Assembly: GCA_934233735.1 (NCBI GenBank)
Contig: CAKQGQ010000005.1
Span: forward strand, 24,778-88,777
Direction: 5' to 3'
Length of the DNA stretch: 64,000 nt
Source of the DNA: an uncultured Clostridia bacterium
Lineage (GTDB): Bacteria > Bacillota > Clostridia > Peptostreptococcales > Anaerovoracaceae
The notes under the pieces were generated by a model, which was given only the letters and a program-made list of their open reading frames with translations, made no database searches and was not told the DNA's origin. Positions 9,801 through 19,128 of this stretch are shown piece by piece (within the stretch, counting starts at the first letter, position 1; each line of letters begins with the position of its first letter). The translations under genes were made by a program, and so were the position numbers.

Positions 9801-12800
9801 CAGGCGCAACCTTTGGAATCTTTGCGGCAGAGGATATTCTGTTAAACGACGGAAATGACGGACCGAAAATTTATGATACCCGGACAAACGAAGAGATTGT
9901 GATTCCGATGACGAAAGCAACGCACGAAAAGAATCCGCTGGAAGTTGTGCAGGGACTTTTATCCAAATTCTTTAAAGGCTCCGCGTCCGTTTATGAAACA
10001 GGAGAACTCGAAGTAAACTCCGGCGGCAAGCTTTGGTACCTCAAAGACCGCAGCGCAAAAGAAGATGGACATTATACACGGATGTATGTTTCGCCGGAAC
10101 AGAAAGATACGACCTATGCGTATACCTTTGAAAAAATCGAGGACGGGCTGAAAAAGGTTTATGAGGTACTGGTCAGCATGAACTATCAGGCAGGCGGCCG
10201 AAACATCACCGACATCCAGGTTACGAAAACAACTACGGCGGCAGATGGCTATGTAATCGACATTCCGACCACACTTCCGACTGCGACTGCAGGAGAGGAA
10301 GTCCTTGACCCAATTGAAAACTACCTCAAGAAAACGGATGAGACGGACACCAAAGAAAGAAGCAGCTTTACGGTTAGTGATAAAACCTATACCTTTGAAG
10401 CACTCGGCGAAGAAGATACCGATAAGGACGGAAATCCGGTAGACCTGTCAGACATCGGCGTAAGCCTTTATCTTGCAAAGGACTATTTGCCATATAAACT
10501 TCGTGCAGCCGACCTTGTAAAGGAAGAGCGCGTAATTACACCGGCGCAGGATGCCGATGGAGACGGCGTGTTTGAAGTGCCGGAGGTGAAAGAAAGCAAG
10601 ACGGTATATGAATGGACGCACGGCGGCGAGCTTGTGAATAAAACAGTTGGTGCTGCGGCAGTCTTAAAGACCGGAGACGAAGAATACAAGCTGGATACGA
10701 TAGGATACTATGAAAACGCACAGTATCAGGAGGCGCGCGCGTTTGTCTCCTGCTCCGCTGACGGAACACCGGATGCAGGCTATACGCTTCCGGAAGGCTA
10801 CAGCCTTTCCCCGTTCACCAAAGATGCGGAAAATGACCCGCACTACATTCTTGCAAGCATGGCAGACCCGGAAAATGCAGGACAGATGCTTTATCGCGTG
10901 CTTCTTTCTGACGTCATAACATGGCAGGACTGCGATAAAGACGGAAATTTCAAGAAAAGCGTCGTGCAAAGCTATACTGCAAGATACCTTCAGGCAGCAG
11001 GCGATGCGGATGGGTTCTCCTTTAGCTGGGACGGATTTGAAATTGAATCTTCCGTAAATGCGGAAGAAGATATCGCCATAACAATCGTTACGAAGCAGGA
11101 CGACAGGATCACGCCGGCCATATCGCTTGGCGCAGGCTATACCGATGAAACAAACGGACAAAAGAGCATCTTTACCGCAAGTAAGATTTCCTCACCGATT
11201 TACTTTTTATCAAGAGATGGTATCCGCACGGAGATGTATTATGCAGGCGGCGTAATGAAAACAACGCTTACCCTTCCGCAAAGTGCCGTGGATAAGAATT
11301 TTCAGCATGTTGTGCCAACCTTGAATTTTAAGGAAAACGGAAAGGATAACATCCTTGACTGGTATAAGGCACTTTCTCCGGATAACCCAATCGCTGAAGG
11401 AAGTCCGATTCCGGGTGTAAGCTGGAAGGCAGAGCGTATCGAATCCGGCAAGACCGGGGAGGCGGAAAGCTACCGGATTGAGATTTTATCCAATCAAACA
11501 AAAGATAATCCGATGGAAATCACATTCGCTGACGGGTACACGATGAGCCTGTATGCGGAAACGGCAGAATCCGGAAATGGCGTGGGAATTATTGAACTTG
11601 ATGGAATCTATAAGACAAACCGTGCGCCAAAATCAACACTTGTCGATACCATTACCACGGATGCGGACGGAAAAGCGGTATCAAAGCTCCTTCCGCTCGG
11701 AAAATATATCGTGATGGAGCTTGACACAGGTGCAGGCTATACCACAAGCACGAAATCCTACGAAGTCGAGCTGAAATATGAGAACCAATTTGTTCCGCTG
11801 GTGTGGGAGAAACTGGAGCTTTTAAACGAAAAGACTTCGGTGGAAATCGATTTGGAAAAGGGATTTGAAACCGCATATCAGTCGAAAACCTATACAAAAG
11901 GCGGCGGTGCAGTCTTCGGACTTTACGCAGGAGAGGAATTTACCGCAGCCGAAACAAAGGAAGGATACATCAGAACCGTCAAAGCAGGAACACTGCTTGA
12001 CATTCTGACGCCGGACGAAAACGGAAAGGCGCTTTCCGGCATGAAACTTCCTGACGGCATTTACTATGTCAAGGAAATCAGCACAAGAAGTGACTACAAA
12101 GTAAACGAAATGCCATTTTACTTCGTAGCCGGAGAAGAAAAGGAAGATGTATCGCTTCCATGCAAATTTGAATACACCGATGACGGCATCAGCGGGGAAA
12201 TCGTGCAGGAGAGCTTCGGCATCGCAAATGTTTATCTTCGCGTGCAGAAACGCTATCCGATGCCAAGCTTAACCATTAACGGAAACGAATATGCTCTCTC
12301 TGAAAGCATGGCAGAAGGCGGTGTGAAAATAGAAGCAAAGAAAGACTATACGGATATCATACTGACTGCTGAAAACGGAAAGGAACGAAAAGTTACGCTT
12401 CCAAACGGAAAGAGCCTTGCCGTAAATGTAAACGCAAACACCTATACTTACAAGCTTTCAGGTGGAGCTCTGCTTAACGGTAATTTTACGGTGGATGAAA
12501 TTACAGGAACCTATCTTCCGAAAGCCGTTTACACAGGTTATACCGCAATCTATGAAAGCCCGGAATTTCTTCCGGCAGAAGGCGAAAACTTAACCGTTAA
12601 AACCGATGCTGTCAATCTAAAAACGCCGAAAGAAGCAAATACCATCAAGGCAGAAATCACGCACAGCCCTAAGACCTATACCGTATCGGAAGAAAAATGG
12701 GTGGATGAAAACGACCACAGCCTTGGAATGACAACCGTAACTGTAACAAAAGGAAAAGTGGAAAACGGAAAGCAGCTTTATACGCATACTGCAAACCTCA

Positions 12801-14161
12801 CCTACACAGATGATGCAGGAAACACACAGATTCCGGCTGTGATTACCCGTATCCGCAAGAACCAAACGACCGAAGAGACGGTAGCAGAGCCGGCAGCACC
12901 GATTCTCATGCAGGAAGGAGATAGGATAAGATTTCAGTCCGGAGAAAAATCCGTGGCAGTATCATTAAGCATCGCCGGCATCCTGAAGCTTCAGGAAAGC
13001 GGAACGCTTCATGCTGCCTTAGAGGAAAACGAAAAGCCGAAAGCGACCTATAACGGACAGGAAGATACGAATGTGAAGTTTGTAAAATCTGTTACACTTG
13101 CAAGGCAAGACCATAAGGCAAAGACCATTCAGATTAAGCTGAACACAAAAGATAATCTGAATGCAGAGCTGATTGAAAATGAAAAGCTTCCGCCAACGAC
13201 ACAACCGACGCCGCCAAATTCTACAAACCCGGCAATCCGCACCATCGCAAAGGACAGCAGGACAAACGACCACATCGCCCTTGCAGGAAAGGATATAACC
13301 ATTATTGATACGGTTTACTTCTATAACCTGACCATTGGGCAGGAATACAAACTTGTCGGAAAACTGATGGATAAAGAAACAGGTAAGCCGATTCTGATCG
13401 ACGGCAAGGAAGTAACCGCTGAGGAGACCTTCAAGCCGTCCGTTTCCACCGGAACGCAGGATGTTTCATTTACTTTTGATGCACGAACTTTAGCAGGAAA
13501 AGATGTGGTAGTCTTTGAAACCCTGTTTAAGATTGCAGCTGATAAAGACGGTAAAGTAACCGAAGAAAAAGTTACAAGCCACGAGGACATCAACGATGAC
13601 GGACAGACAATTACATTCCCTGAAATCCACACAACTGCAAGCGGTGAAAATGGCGAAAAAACCATCGAAGCAAAAGGAATCGCAACCATCATCGACACGG
13701 TAAGATATGAGAATCTAATCGCCGGAAAGACCTATATGATGAAGGGCTACTTGGTAGACAAAAAGACCGGAAAGGCAATCTATGAAAACGGTAAGAAAGT
13801 CACTTCCGAGGTAACTTTCGTTGCAGAAGATACTTCCGGCACGGTAGAAATGGTATTTACCGTGAATGCAAAAGCATTATCAGGAAAGAAAATCGTTGTC
13901 TTTGAAGACTGTTACTTTGACGATGTAAAAGTCGGAACCCACACCGACATCAACGACGAAGGACAGACCGTAAAATTCAAAGCAAAAGACGGCCGCATCG
14001 AGTTTGACACCGAGCGTGACGAGGACGACGACGGCGATGTGGATATTGTTCCAAATGTTCCAAAGACCGGAGACCGTATGCAGCTTCAGCTGATGCTGCT
14101 TCTGATGCTTGCATCCCTTTTCGGAATGTTAGCATCCATCAGGATTCGGAGAAAAGAATAG
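6827..14161 (+). CDS. Giant cell-wall-anchored adhesin: candidate thioester domain, Cna-B/SpaA-like Ig domains, two Thr-Gln ester-bond (VaFE-type) domains, VPKTG sorting signal
   Basis: ATG at 6827 gives the signal peptide MIRKWEKSKKALTLILAFLIAFTYMPFGIGVEKADA. Candidate thioester motifs are YCLEHG (about 7135) and TRQLIHE (about 7400). Several G.Y.L.E...P.GY Ig-fold signatures are present. Two C-terminal repeats (about 13230-13985) end in VVVFE/IVVFE and HEDINDDGQT/HTDINDEGQT (HxDxxDxxQ). The C-terminus has VPKTGD, a hydrophobic helix and RIRRKE. Confidence 0.85.
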   Translation: MIRKWEKSKKALTLILAFLIAFTYMPFGIGVEKADATSGVTGSFKEGRVLESADGSTFKYTGNDAGWMQIYFVSYEGRSGGSFKVGPAKEVSPIRAYRVNGDVAYCLEHGVMADETVKLTGKDRDKAFLEETYRKSDSGNLEYILNNMSLCLLYGRQSGRSIGMLENTLGFKDSDYYKKTASSYNLDDWEVATRQLIHEAQQRFRDDKFDKKSSNGLYFEDYWYKGVSNPGNGNGKKISQSHYRKPLEGTGAVDIYDYMARLIKDHLQLSMKMGSYDYKKPKELKLTQGDDGKWYSKKIPLTKKEAIAVKMVKDNGDEYKNYHIKLTPEGGKFYYQYIMDSEPNWDKTYTVKKQISYFKQVPDDMLIWECKDGKGGHVQALATGSCDPISRYVKFTKTPPPVPSEPPEPEYFPQIQINVEKEDLNPGWDGNTHTGMGDASLAATYVLLRDGVEVDRITLDEYGNRQTLSDTPWPDALALTKTGSGSTAVHMVGNPPSDHCGTDGPTRYDWDGEVTYEVKEIRPDGRFIEPDSGERSMTVSYNAFTRDTRSYACQTPNWTDIVYTVKTTQTDGITFSDQNGTIDFVEDPIYADADTFINDCYRGKLTLSKSLENSDVFSERKSGTVGGEKDSTKSRWKMKLNSGGWESHPYVRFVREADLADGTSVYRVVRDTSGENNETTDMEIGTNGDLYIYDIPYGEYTLTEVSADDESFVKESCQVNIQEHDKPYTVTDKNDDRYDYNVRDKKKTNIIKVIKTNAETGKQVTAAGTKFYLRYMGDPLLADPTKSKNYGRLLPNAEDITKKGPYTWEADENGEITIPYELEWGIYRLEEWLLPEGYFAGEYGGGDTAKNHDYGKVEEGQQKALLGHAYSDLVGVYDADGKKITYKGKDSYKVNEVFNFYTFKVEKQDDHADGNFAHKVTADKDISKADEQYDSADYPYTNYYKAVAMPNNMVKGKIEIAKLGQILSGFKKETKLGKTVYTPMFTGTSKLAGATFGIFAAEDILLNDGNDGPKIYDTRTNEEIVIPMTKATHEKNPLEVVQGLLSKFFKGSASVYETGELEVNSGGKLWYLKDRSAKEDGHYTRMYVSPEQKDTTYAYTFEKIEDGLKKVYEVLVSMNYQAGGRNITDIQVTKTTTAADGYVIDIPTTLPTATAGEEVLDPIENYLKKTDETDTKERSSFTVSDKTYTFEALGEEDTDKDGNPVDLSDIGVSLYLAKDYLPYKLRAADLVKEERVITPAQDADGDGVFEVPEVKESKTVYEWTHGGELVNKTVGAAAVLKTGDEEYKLDTIGYYENAQYQEARAFVSCSADGTPDAGYTLPEGYSLSPFTKDAENDPHYILASMADPENAGQMLYRVLLSDVITWQDCDKDGNFKKSVVQSYTARYLQAAGDADGFSFSWDGFEIESSVNAEEDIAITIVTKQDDRITPAISLGAGYTDETNGQKSIFTASKISSPIYFLSRDGIRTEMYYAGGVMKTTLTLPQSAVDKNFQHVVPTLNFKENGKDNILDWYKALSPDNPIAEGSPIPGVSWKAERIESGKTGEAESYRIEILSNQTKDNPMEITFADGYTMSLYAETAESGNGVGIIELDGIYKTNRAPKSTLVDTITTDADGKAVSKLLPLGKYIVMELDTGAGYTTSTKSYEVELKYENQFVPLVWEKLELLNEKTSVEIDLEKGFETAYQSKTYTKGGGAVFGLYAGEEFTAAETKEGYIRTVKAGTLLDILTPDENGKALSGMKLPDGIYYVKEISTRSDYKVNEMPFYFVAGEEKEDVSLPCKFEYTDDGISGEIVQESFGIANVYLRVQKRYPMPSLTINGNEYALSESMAEGGVKIEAKKDYTDIILTAENGKERKVTLPNGKSLAVNVNANTYTYKLSGGALLNGNFTVDEITGTYLPKAVYTGYTAIYESPEFLPAEGENLTVKTDAVNLKTPKEANTIKAEITHSPKTYTVSEEKWVDENDHSLGMTTVTVTKGKVENGKQLYTHTANLTYTDDAGNTQIPAVITRIRKNQTTEETVAEPAAPILMQEGDRIRFQSGEKSVAVSLSIAGILKLQESGTLHAALEENEKPKATYNGQEDTNVKFVKSVTLARQDHKAKTIQIKLNTKDNLNAELIENEKLPPTTQPTPPNSTNPAIRTIAKDSRTNDHIALAGKDITIIDTVYFYNLTIGQEYKLVGKLMDKETGKPILIDGKEVTAEETFKPSVSTGTQDVSFTFDARTLAGKDVVVFETLFKIAADKDGKVTEEKVTSHEDINDDGQTITFPEIHTTASGENGEKTIEAKGIATIIDTVRYENLIAGKTYMMKGYLVDKKTGKAIYENGKKVTSEVTFVAEDTSGTVEMVFTVNAKALSGKKIVVFEDCYFDDVKVGTHTDINDEGQTVKFKAKDGRIEFDTERDEDDDGDVDIVPNVPKTGDRMQLQLMLLLMLASLFGMLASIRIRRKE

Positions 14162-14206
14162 CTTTCCTTTCTTTCTGCGATATTATTTCGTAGATTTTTC
14201 TTATAT

Positions 14207-14230
14207 GCTGCAGGGGATTTCCCCTGCAGC
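14207..14230 (+). terminator. Perfect 10-bp hairpin after the adhesin gene (weak U-tract)
   Basis: GCTGCAGGGG-attt-CCCCTGCAGC. Confidence 0.4.
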
Positions 14231-14252
14231 ACAAATTTTAGGGAGACAAAAC

Positions 14253-14444
14253 ATGACAACCAGGAATAAAAACAACGCAGAGGCTTTTGCGTTTGCCATG
14301 CAGGATCGATGCGGGAAATTCAGCATTGCGCTGAGCGATGTGATTTCTTGCATACTGATAGCGGAAGAAAAAGGATATTTGCCCGAACTTCCTTCGGAAA
14401 TAAAGGAGCAGCTGATTGGCATGGCGAAGCGAGAGGAGATATGA
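14253..14444 (+). CDS. Small hypothetical protein (paralog of the next gene)
   Basis: ATG at 14253 after AGGGAG. The C-terminal motif IAEEKGYLPELPSE resembles IAGEKELIPTLPFE in the next ORF. Confidence 0.5.
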   Translation: MTTRNKNNAEAFAFAMQDRCGKFSIALSDVISCILIAEEKGYLPELPSEIKEQLIGMAKREEI

Positions 14445-14698
14445 CAATGAACAGAAAAGATGCGACTGCCTTAAAAGCACTTGAAAACAGAATGAAATTA
14501 GTTGATAATGATATTATCGACCATAGCGACTGTGAAGAGTGCTTAGAGGAATATCTTTTTCGCTTTTCGGATGGAAACAGCGATAGGTATATTGGACTCA
14601 AAACAATCCTTCAGTGTTTTGAGATAGCAGGAGAAAAGGAGCTTATTCCAACACTTCCTTTCGAATGGTGGATTCCAGTTAAAACAAGGTATGATTAA
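14441..14698 (+). CDS. Small hypothetical protein (paralog of the previous gene)
   Basis: ATGA start/stop overlap with the upstream gene (alternative ATG at 14447), and the shared C-terminal motif. Confidence 0.5.
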   Translation: MTMNRKDATALKALENRMKLVDNDIIDHSDCEECLEEYLFRFSDGNSDRYIGLKTILQCFEIAGEKELIPTLPFEWWIPVKTRYD

Positions 14699-14709
14699 GG
14701 AGAAGGACT

Positions 14710-15594
14710 GTGGATGTTTTTAAAACAAAACCGGGAATAATTGAAAGTATTCCTATATCGGAAGAAAGTTTTACACGCGCAACGCGAAAAAAGAAGCCGT
14801 ATTATTCGCAAAGTCAGCATGGCAAAGATGCAAAATGCTTTGCTGTCTGTCCTCTATGCGATAATCCCATTCAAATTATTGGATTATACAAAGCGCATGA
14901 CGAAGGTAGAAAGCCTTACGGCAGACATTATCCAAAGGATATTATGGGTCTTGCATTTTACGATGAGGAAGCATACTATGGATGCTATTATGCAAGCCCT
15001 GAGCGAAAGAAAAATGTTGTAAAAAGAAAACCGGAACATGCGACCAGTTTGGCTTTGTACAACCTTATGCGCGAGCAATTTGACCGAATGATTTATGTAC
15101 TAGAAATATCCACAGAAATAAAAATCAGTTATGCTTTTGCGGAAGAAATTCTGACGCAATATCTTTCCAATGAAGGATGGCTATACTATGAAACAACCTA
15201 TGCGAATCTTCCGTGGATGCTGATTTATGCAATGCAGGCAAAACCGTTAATCAACCGCTGGATATTAAAAGGGGGTATGTTATATCAATTTTTGCAGAAA
15301 AATTGCAAAACTGTTGTGCTAACGGATATTCCGAACGGCAAATTTGCAAAAGTGGAAGCAAAAAACGGATTTGTTGATTTGAGCTTTTACTTATGCAATC
15401 ATAAAATCGCAAAAGAAGGGGAATCCATAAAGGAAACCTATAAGCTTGTAATTGTAGAGAATGATACTATCATCTATGAGCGCATTCTATGTGTAGAGCA
15501 AGATTTCCTAAAAAAGATGATTTCCCTTCCGATGCAAAGGAGTAAGCGTAACCCCAAATTGCAAGCGATTGCGGAAAAACTGATGAAAAAATAA
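14710..15594 (+). CDS. Hypothetical protein with CPLC...H Cys/His cluster
   Basis: 294-aa ORF with GTG start after AAGGAGAAGGA. No recognised family. Confidence 0.6.
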   Translation: MDVFKTKPGIIESIPISEESFTRATRKKKPYYSQSQHGKDAKCFAVCPLCDNPIQIIGLYKAHDEGRKPYGRHYPKDIMGLAFYDEEAYYGCYYASPERKKNVVKRKPEHATSLALYNLMREQFDRMIYVLEISTEIKISYAFAEEILTQYLSNEGWLYYETTYANLPWMLIYAMQAKPLINRWILKGGMLYQFLQKNCKTVVLTDIPNGKFAKVEAKNGFVDLSFYLCNHKIAKEGESIKETYKLVIVENDTIIYERILCVEQDFLKKMISLPMQRSKRNPKLQAIAEKLMKK

Positions 15595-15610
15595 TAAATC
15601 TTCATATTTT

Positions 15611-15638
15611 AAAGCGAGGCATCAAAGCCCCGCTTTTT
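15611..15638 (+). terminator. Intrinsic terminator
   Basis: AGCGaGGC / GCCcCGCT stem followed by TTTTT. Confidence 0.55.
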
Positions 15639-15659
15639 GATTGTCCGAAAGGAGGAAAC

Positions 15660-16142
15660 ATGAAGCATTCATTTCGATATTTTGATACCGAATATACTTT
15701 CGACGAATGGGTACGAAAGGAAGTCCTTAAAAACAAAGGGACAGATAATATTGTACTTACGAAAGACCTTGAAAAAATTTGTGATGAACGAAATATCAAC
15801 TATAAAAACAGAGCATCGAAAGCTGAATTGTTTGATTTGTTGATGGACAACGGATTCTCCGGCGAACAATTTACAGAAAGATTTCCTATCGGTGTCAACA
15901 GCCGGGCGTTTCAGGATACTTTTGGCATCACAAATGACGATGTGAAAAGGCTCCAAAAACACGGCGCTTTAACCGTTGTCGGTAAAGAGCGATACCGGGC
16001 ATTTGGCAAAGATTGCTATGCACCGCTTTATGACCTAAAGCAGATTTGTGAGCTGACGCCGGATGATATGCAGAAGCTCTTGGAGACATATCCCAAGAGA
16101 AAAAGAATCCAGCGAAAAAAAGAAAACGAAATAGAACTATAG
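15660..16142 (+). CDS. Hypothetical protein
   Basis: 160-aa ORF with AAGGAGG RBS and a basic C-terminal tail. No recognised family. Confidence 0.6.
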   Translation: MKHSFRYFDTEYTFDEWVRKEVLKNKGTDNIVLTKDLEKICDERNINYKNRASKAELFDLLMDNGFSGEQFTERFPIGVNSRAFQDTFGITNDDVKRLQKHGALTVVGKERYRAFGKDCYAPLYDLKQICELTPDDMQKLLETYPKRKRIQRKKENEIEL

Positions 16143-16151
16143 GAGGCACAT

Positions 16152-17156
16152 ATGAGGAAACGAATATTAGCAGCGGTGCTTGCGATGTTTGTACTAACCA
16201 CATCGTCTGCATTTGCTGCTGAAAAAGAAATTACAAAAGAATACACCTTCGTGACTGACAAAGATGCAGAATTAGAATTTGCGGATGTCGGCAAGGGTGA
16301 TTTATCAGAGATTCCGCTGGAAATTGAAATAGAGGGCAAAACCTACAATGCAGTTTCAGCGGATTTTTCTTTAGCGAAAAAACCGACTGAAGTAAAAAAA
16401 ACATATGAGGATTTAGATAAAAAAGAAGTGCCGGAAACCATCGAAAAAGATGGCGAGGAGCTGAAGATCATTGACACAAAATGGACAGAGACCAAGCGTA
16501 CAGCTGCGACCGGAACCAAACGATATTACGGTTACAATACGCAGCCGGAGGCTCCGGCAACAAAAGAAATTACCGCAACCTTGCCAAATGGCAAAACGAT
16601 TACCGTTACCGGAAACTTCATTGACATCAAGAGAGTAAAAGGAGATTTCACAAAGCCTTTTTCGGTAACAGCAAAGTTCATCGGTGGGGAGGATGTTGAA
16701 AACTATATCTTGCCGGATGGAAGTAAAATACCGAATGACGAATCTATCCCGGTATTCAAGGGATACGAGGATATCATACTGAAGAATCTCGGCTACAGCA
16801 CGAAAAATTACCGCATCACGGGTGGAAAATGGATTACGGACTATTACGACGAAAACGGCGAAACCTGCCGGAAAGCGCAATTCACGGGGACGCAGCGCGG
16901 TACCGATTGGGTGGCAACTTATCGGGAAACGCTGACGGAAAACAGTGTGCAGTATGCGACCTACACCGCAGACTGTACCTACCGTTCGGATGATATGATG
17001 GTGAAAGCAACAGTGGCTTACGAGAAAGAAAGCGGAATCAATAAAACAATTCTGATGATCGCCGGAATTTTGCTGGCACTTATGGTGATAGCCGGAGTCA
17101 TATCAGGAATTTTAATGACAGCAAAGAAAAGAAAAAAAGAAGAAACAGAAAATTAA
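16152..17156 (+). CDS. Secreted protein with C-terminal membrane anchor
   Basis: Signal peptide MRKRILAAVLAMFVLTTSSAFAAE. C-terminal TM segment ILMIAGILLALMVIAGVISGILM followed by KKRKKEE. Confidence 0.65.
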   Translation: MRKRILAAVLAMFVLTTSSAFAAEKEITKEYTFVTDKDAELEFADVGKGDLSEIPLEIEIEGKTYNAVSADFSLAKKPTEVKKTYEDLDKKEVPETIEKDGEELKIIDTKWTETKRTAATGTKRYYGYNTQPEAPATKEITATLPNGKTITVTGNFIDIKRVKGDFTKPFSVTAKFIGGEDVENYILPDGSKIPNDESIPVFKGYEDIILKNLGYSTKNYRITGGKWITDYYDENGETCRKAQFTGTQRGTDWVATYRETLTENSVQYATYTADCTYRSDDMMVKATVAYEKESGINKTILMIAGILLALMVIAGVISGILMTAKKRKKEETEN

Positions 17157-17188
17157 AGAGCCGCGAAACGGCAGAAAGGAAAAAAATT

Positions 17189-17416
17189 ATGGTAAAACTT
17201 GTTGAATTAGGACTGTACTGGGTTGCCCAGCTTCAGACGCTGCTTTATATGCTTTGCGCGGGCGCATTAGTGATTGGAGGAATTAAGATGCTGGTGGGAG
17301 ATGATGAAGACAAGGCAAAAGCCCGGAAAAATTTCAAATGGGTAGTCCTTGGTGCTATTGCGGTAGCCGGTGCAACCTACTTTGCAGATGAATTTACAAA
17401 ATCAATGTCCTTTTAA
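17189..17416 (+). CDS. Small two-TM membrane protein (Maff2/VirB2-like position and shape)
   Basis: 75 aa with two hydrophobic helices separated by DDEDKAKARK. This type is typical of Firmicutes conjugative elements; the family call is by resemblance only. Confidence 0.5.
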   Translation: MVKLVELGLYWVAQLQTLLYMLCAGALVIGGIKMLVGDDEDKAKARKNFKWVVLGAIAVAGATYFADEFTKSMSF

Positions 17417-17533
17417 GAACTACCTATGTAGATTTAGGGAAGAGATGATCTTCCCTGAATCTATACCAAAGAATGTCGCAAGCGGCGGATTTTTCGGTAT
17501 GGATTTAGAATTTAAGAAAAAGAGGTGAAGCTT

Positions 17534-17674
17534 ATGAAAAACATCATATTAACAAAACAAGAGGAAAAAGTGACCTATTTTGTGGATGAGGAGACACTGA
17601 CGGAAAAAGAGCTCAAAAATCTTCTGAAGGAAGAGGAAGGAGAAGAAGAGGACGATGAAGAGCCAAGAGTTTAG
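17534..17674 (+). CDS. 46-aa acidic peptide
   Basis: ATG after AAGAGGTGAAG; its stop overlaps the ArdC-like start. It is below the track size cut-off. Confidence 0.35.
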   Translation: MKNIILTKQEEKVTYFVDEETLTEKELKNLLKEEEGEEEDDEEPRV

Positions 17675-19112
17675 ACAAAAAATTGCGGATGCCTTTGTAA
17701 AAAGTATAACTGAATCGCCAAAGACATGGAAGCAAACCTGGCGCGCAACGAGCAGCGCACCACATAATGCTGTGACAAAGCGGAAATACAAAGGAATTAA
17801 CCGCCTGTGGTTATATGTCAGCATGCACAGGCTGGAAAGCGAGGATCCACGCTTTGTTACGTTTCAGCAGGCAAAAGATAACGGCTGGAAAATCAAGAAA
17901 GGGGAAAAAGGAACGCAAATTGAGTATTGGTTTCCCTATGACCTCATAGAGAAAAAAACAATCACTTGGGAGAATTACGCAAAACTCAAGCCCGAAGAAA
18001 GGGAGGACTATACGCTTCTTTCTAAGTGTTTTACCGTCTTTAATGCATGTCAGATTGAAGGGATGCCGGAACTTGAAATGCCGGAAGAAAGAGATATTTC
18101 TTCCAGTGAAGTGGTTGATAAAATTTCGGAGAATATGAAAGTGCCTATCATTCATGACGGAGGTAACGAGGCATTTTATCGAATTGCAGAAGACAACATA
18201 CATCTTCCGAAAAAAGAATACTTTGAAGATGATTATACATACAATGCGACTGTGCTGCATGAGCTGGCACACGCAACCGGACATGAGAAACGCCTGAATC
18301 GTGACATTGCAAATACGTTCGGCAGCGAAAACTATTCCTATGAGGAATTGGTTGCAGAGATGGCGAGCTGCTTTATGGCGGCTGAACTTCCGATCGATAT
18401 GAGCCAGGAGCATTTTGAAAATCATAAAGCATATATTCAAGGATGGGCAGACGGAATTAAGGAGCAGCCGGAGATTCTGATGAAAGCTGTCAAAGATGCG
18501 GAAAAAGCAGCCGATTATTTAAGTATGCAGGGTGAGCTGATGGCAGAAAAAGAATTCACAGAAAAGCACCACGGGATAAAGAAAGCAGGAGAAGTCTCCG
18601 GATGGGTAACTGAAGGAATCGATACCGCAAAGTCTCTACACATGCAAAGGAGACAAGAGAAAAAAAGATATGTGAATGATTATGTAGAAGCATTTATTAA
18701 GCACTATGATTTTACGCATCCTGAGGAGCTGAAGGGAAAGAGCATCACAGCACTTATGATGCAGCCGCTTGTTGCACAGGGCGGTGTTTGCGAAACGAAA
18801 GAAGACTGCATGAAATGGATTGCGCAAGATCCGGAATCCGCATTCGTGTTAAACAACGCATATATTGAAGGGAAGTTTCCTGAATTTGAGGGGGTGACAG
18901 CAGAAAGCAATCCTAAGCTTTACTCCCTGATTATGATGGAAAGTGAACTTTTTAAAGGACTTATGGAATGCGATTATGTACAAAACAACTGGGAGAAAAA
19001 AATAAATTTTGACCGAAGATGTGCAAGCAGCATCTGTGAAGCTTTTGGAATATGCACCCCGGAAAATGCAAGATACCGAAAAATGGATGTAAAAGGATTT
19101 GAACTGGAATGA
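17655..19112 (+). CDS. ardC: ArdC-like antirestriction protein (ArdC-N ssDNA-binding domain plus HExxH metalloprotease-like domain)
   Basis: N-terminal RKYKGINRLWL...FVTFQQAKDNGWKIKKGEKGTQIEYW matches the ArdC-N pattern, followed by the zinc motif HELAHATGH. Confidence 0.8.
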   Translation: MKSQEFRQKIADAFVKSITESPKTWKQTWRATSSAPHNAVTKRKYKGINRLWLYVSMHRLESEDPRFVTFQQAKDNGWKIKKGEKGTQIEYWFPYDLIEKKTITWENYAKLKPEEREDYTLLSKCFTVFNACQIEGMPELEMPEERDISSSEVVDKISENMKVPIIHDGGNEAFYRIAEDNIHLPKKEYFEDDYTYNATVLHELAHATGHEKRLNRDIANTFGSENYSYEELVAEMASCFMAAELPIDMSQEHFENHKAYIQGWADGIKEQPEILMKAVKDAEKAADYLSMQGELMAEKEFTEKHHGIKKAGEVSGWVTEGIDTAKSLHMQRRQEKKRYVNDYVEAFIKHYDFTHPEELKGKSITALMMQPLVAQGGVCETKEDCMKWIAQDPESAFVLNNAYIEGKFPEFEGVTAESNPKLYSLIMMESELFKGLMECDYVQNNWEKKINFDRRCASSICEAFGICTPENARYRKMDVKGFELE

Positions 19113-19128
19113 AAAAAAGGAGGAGAGC

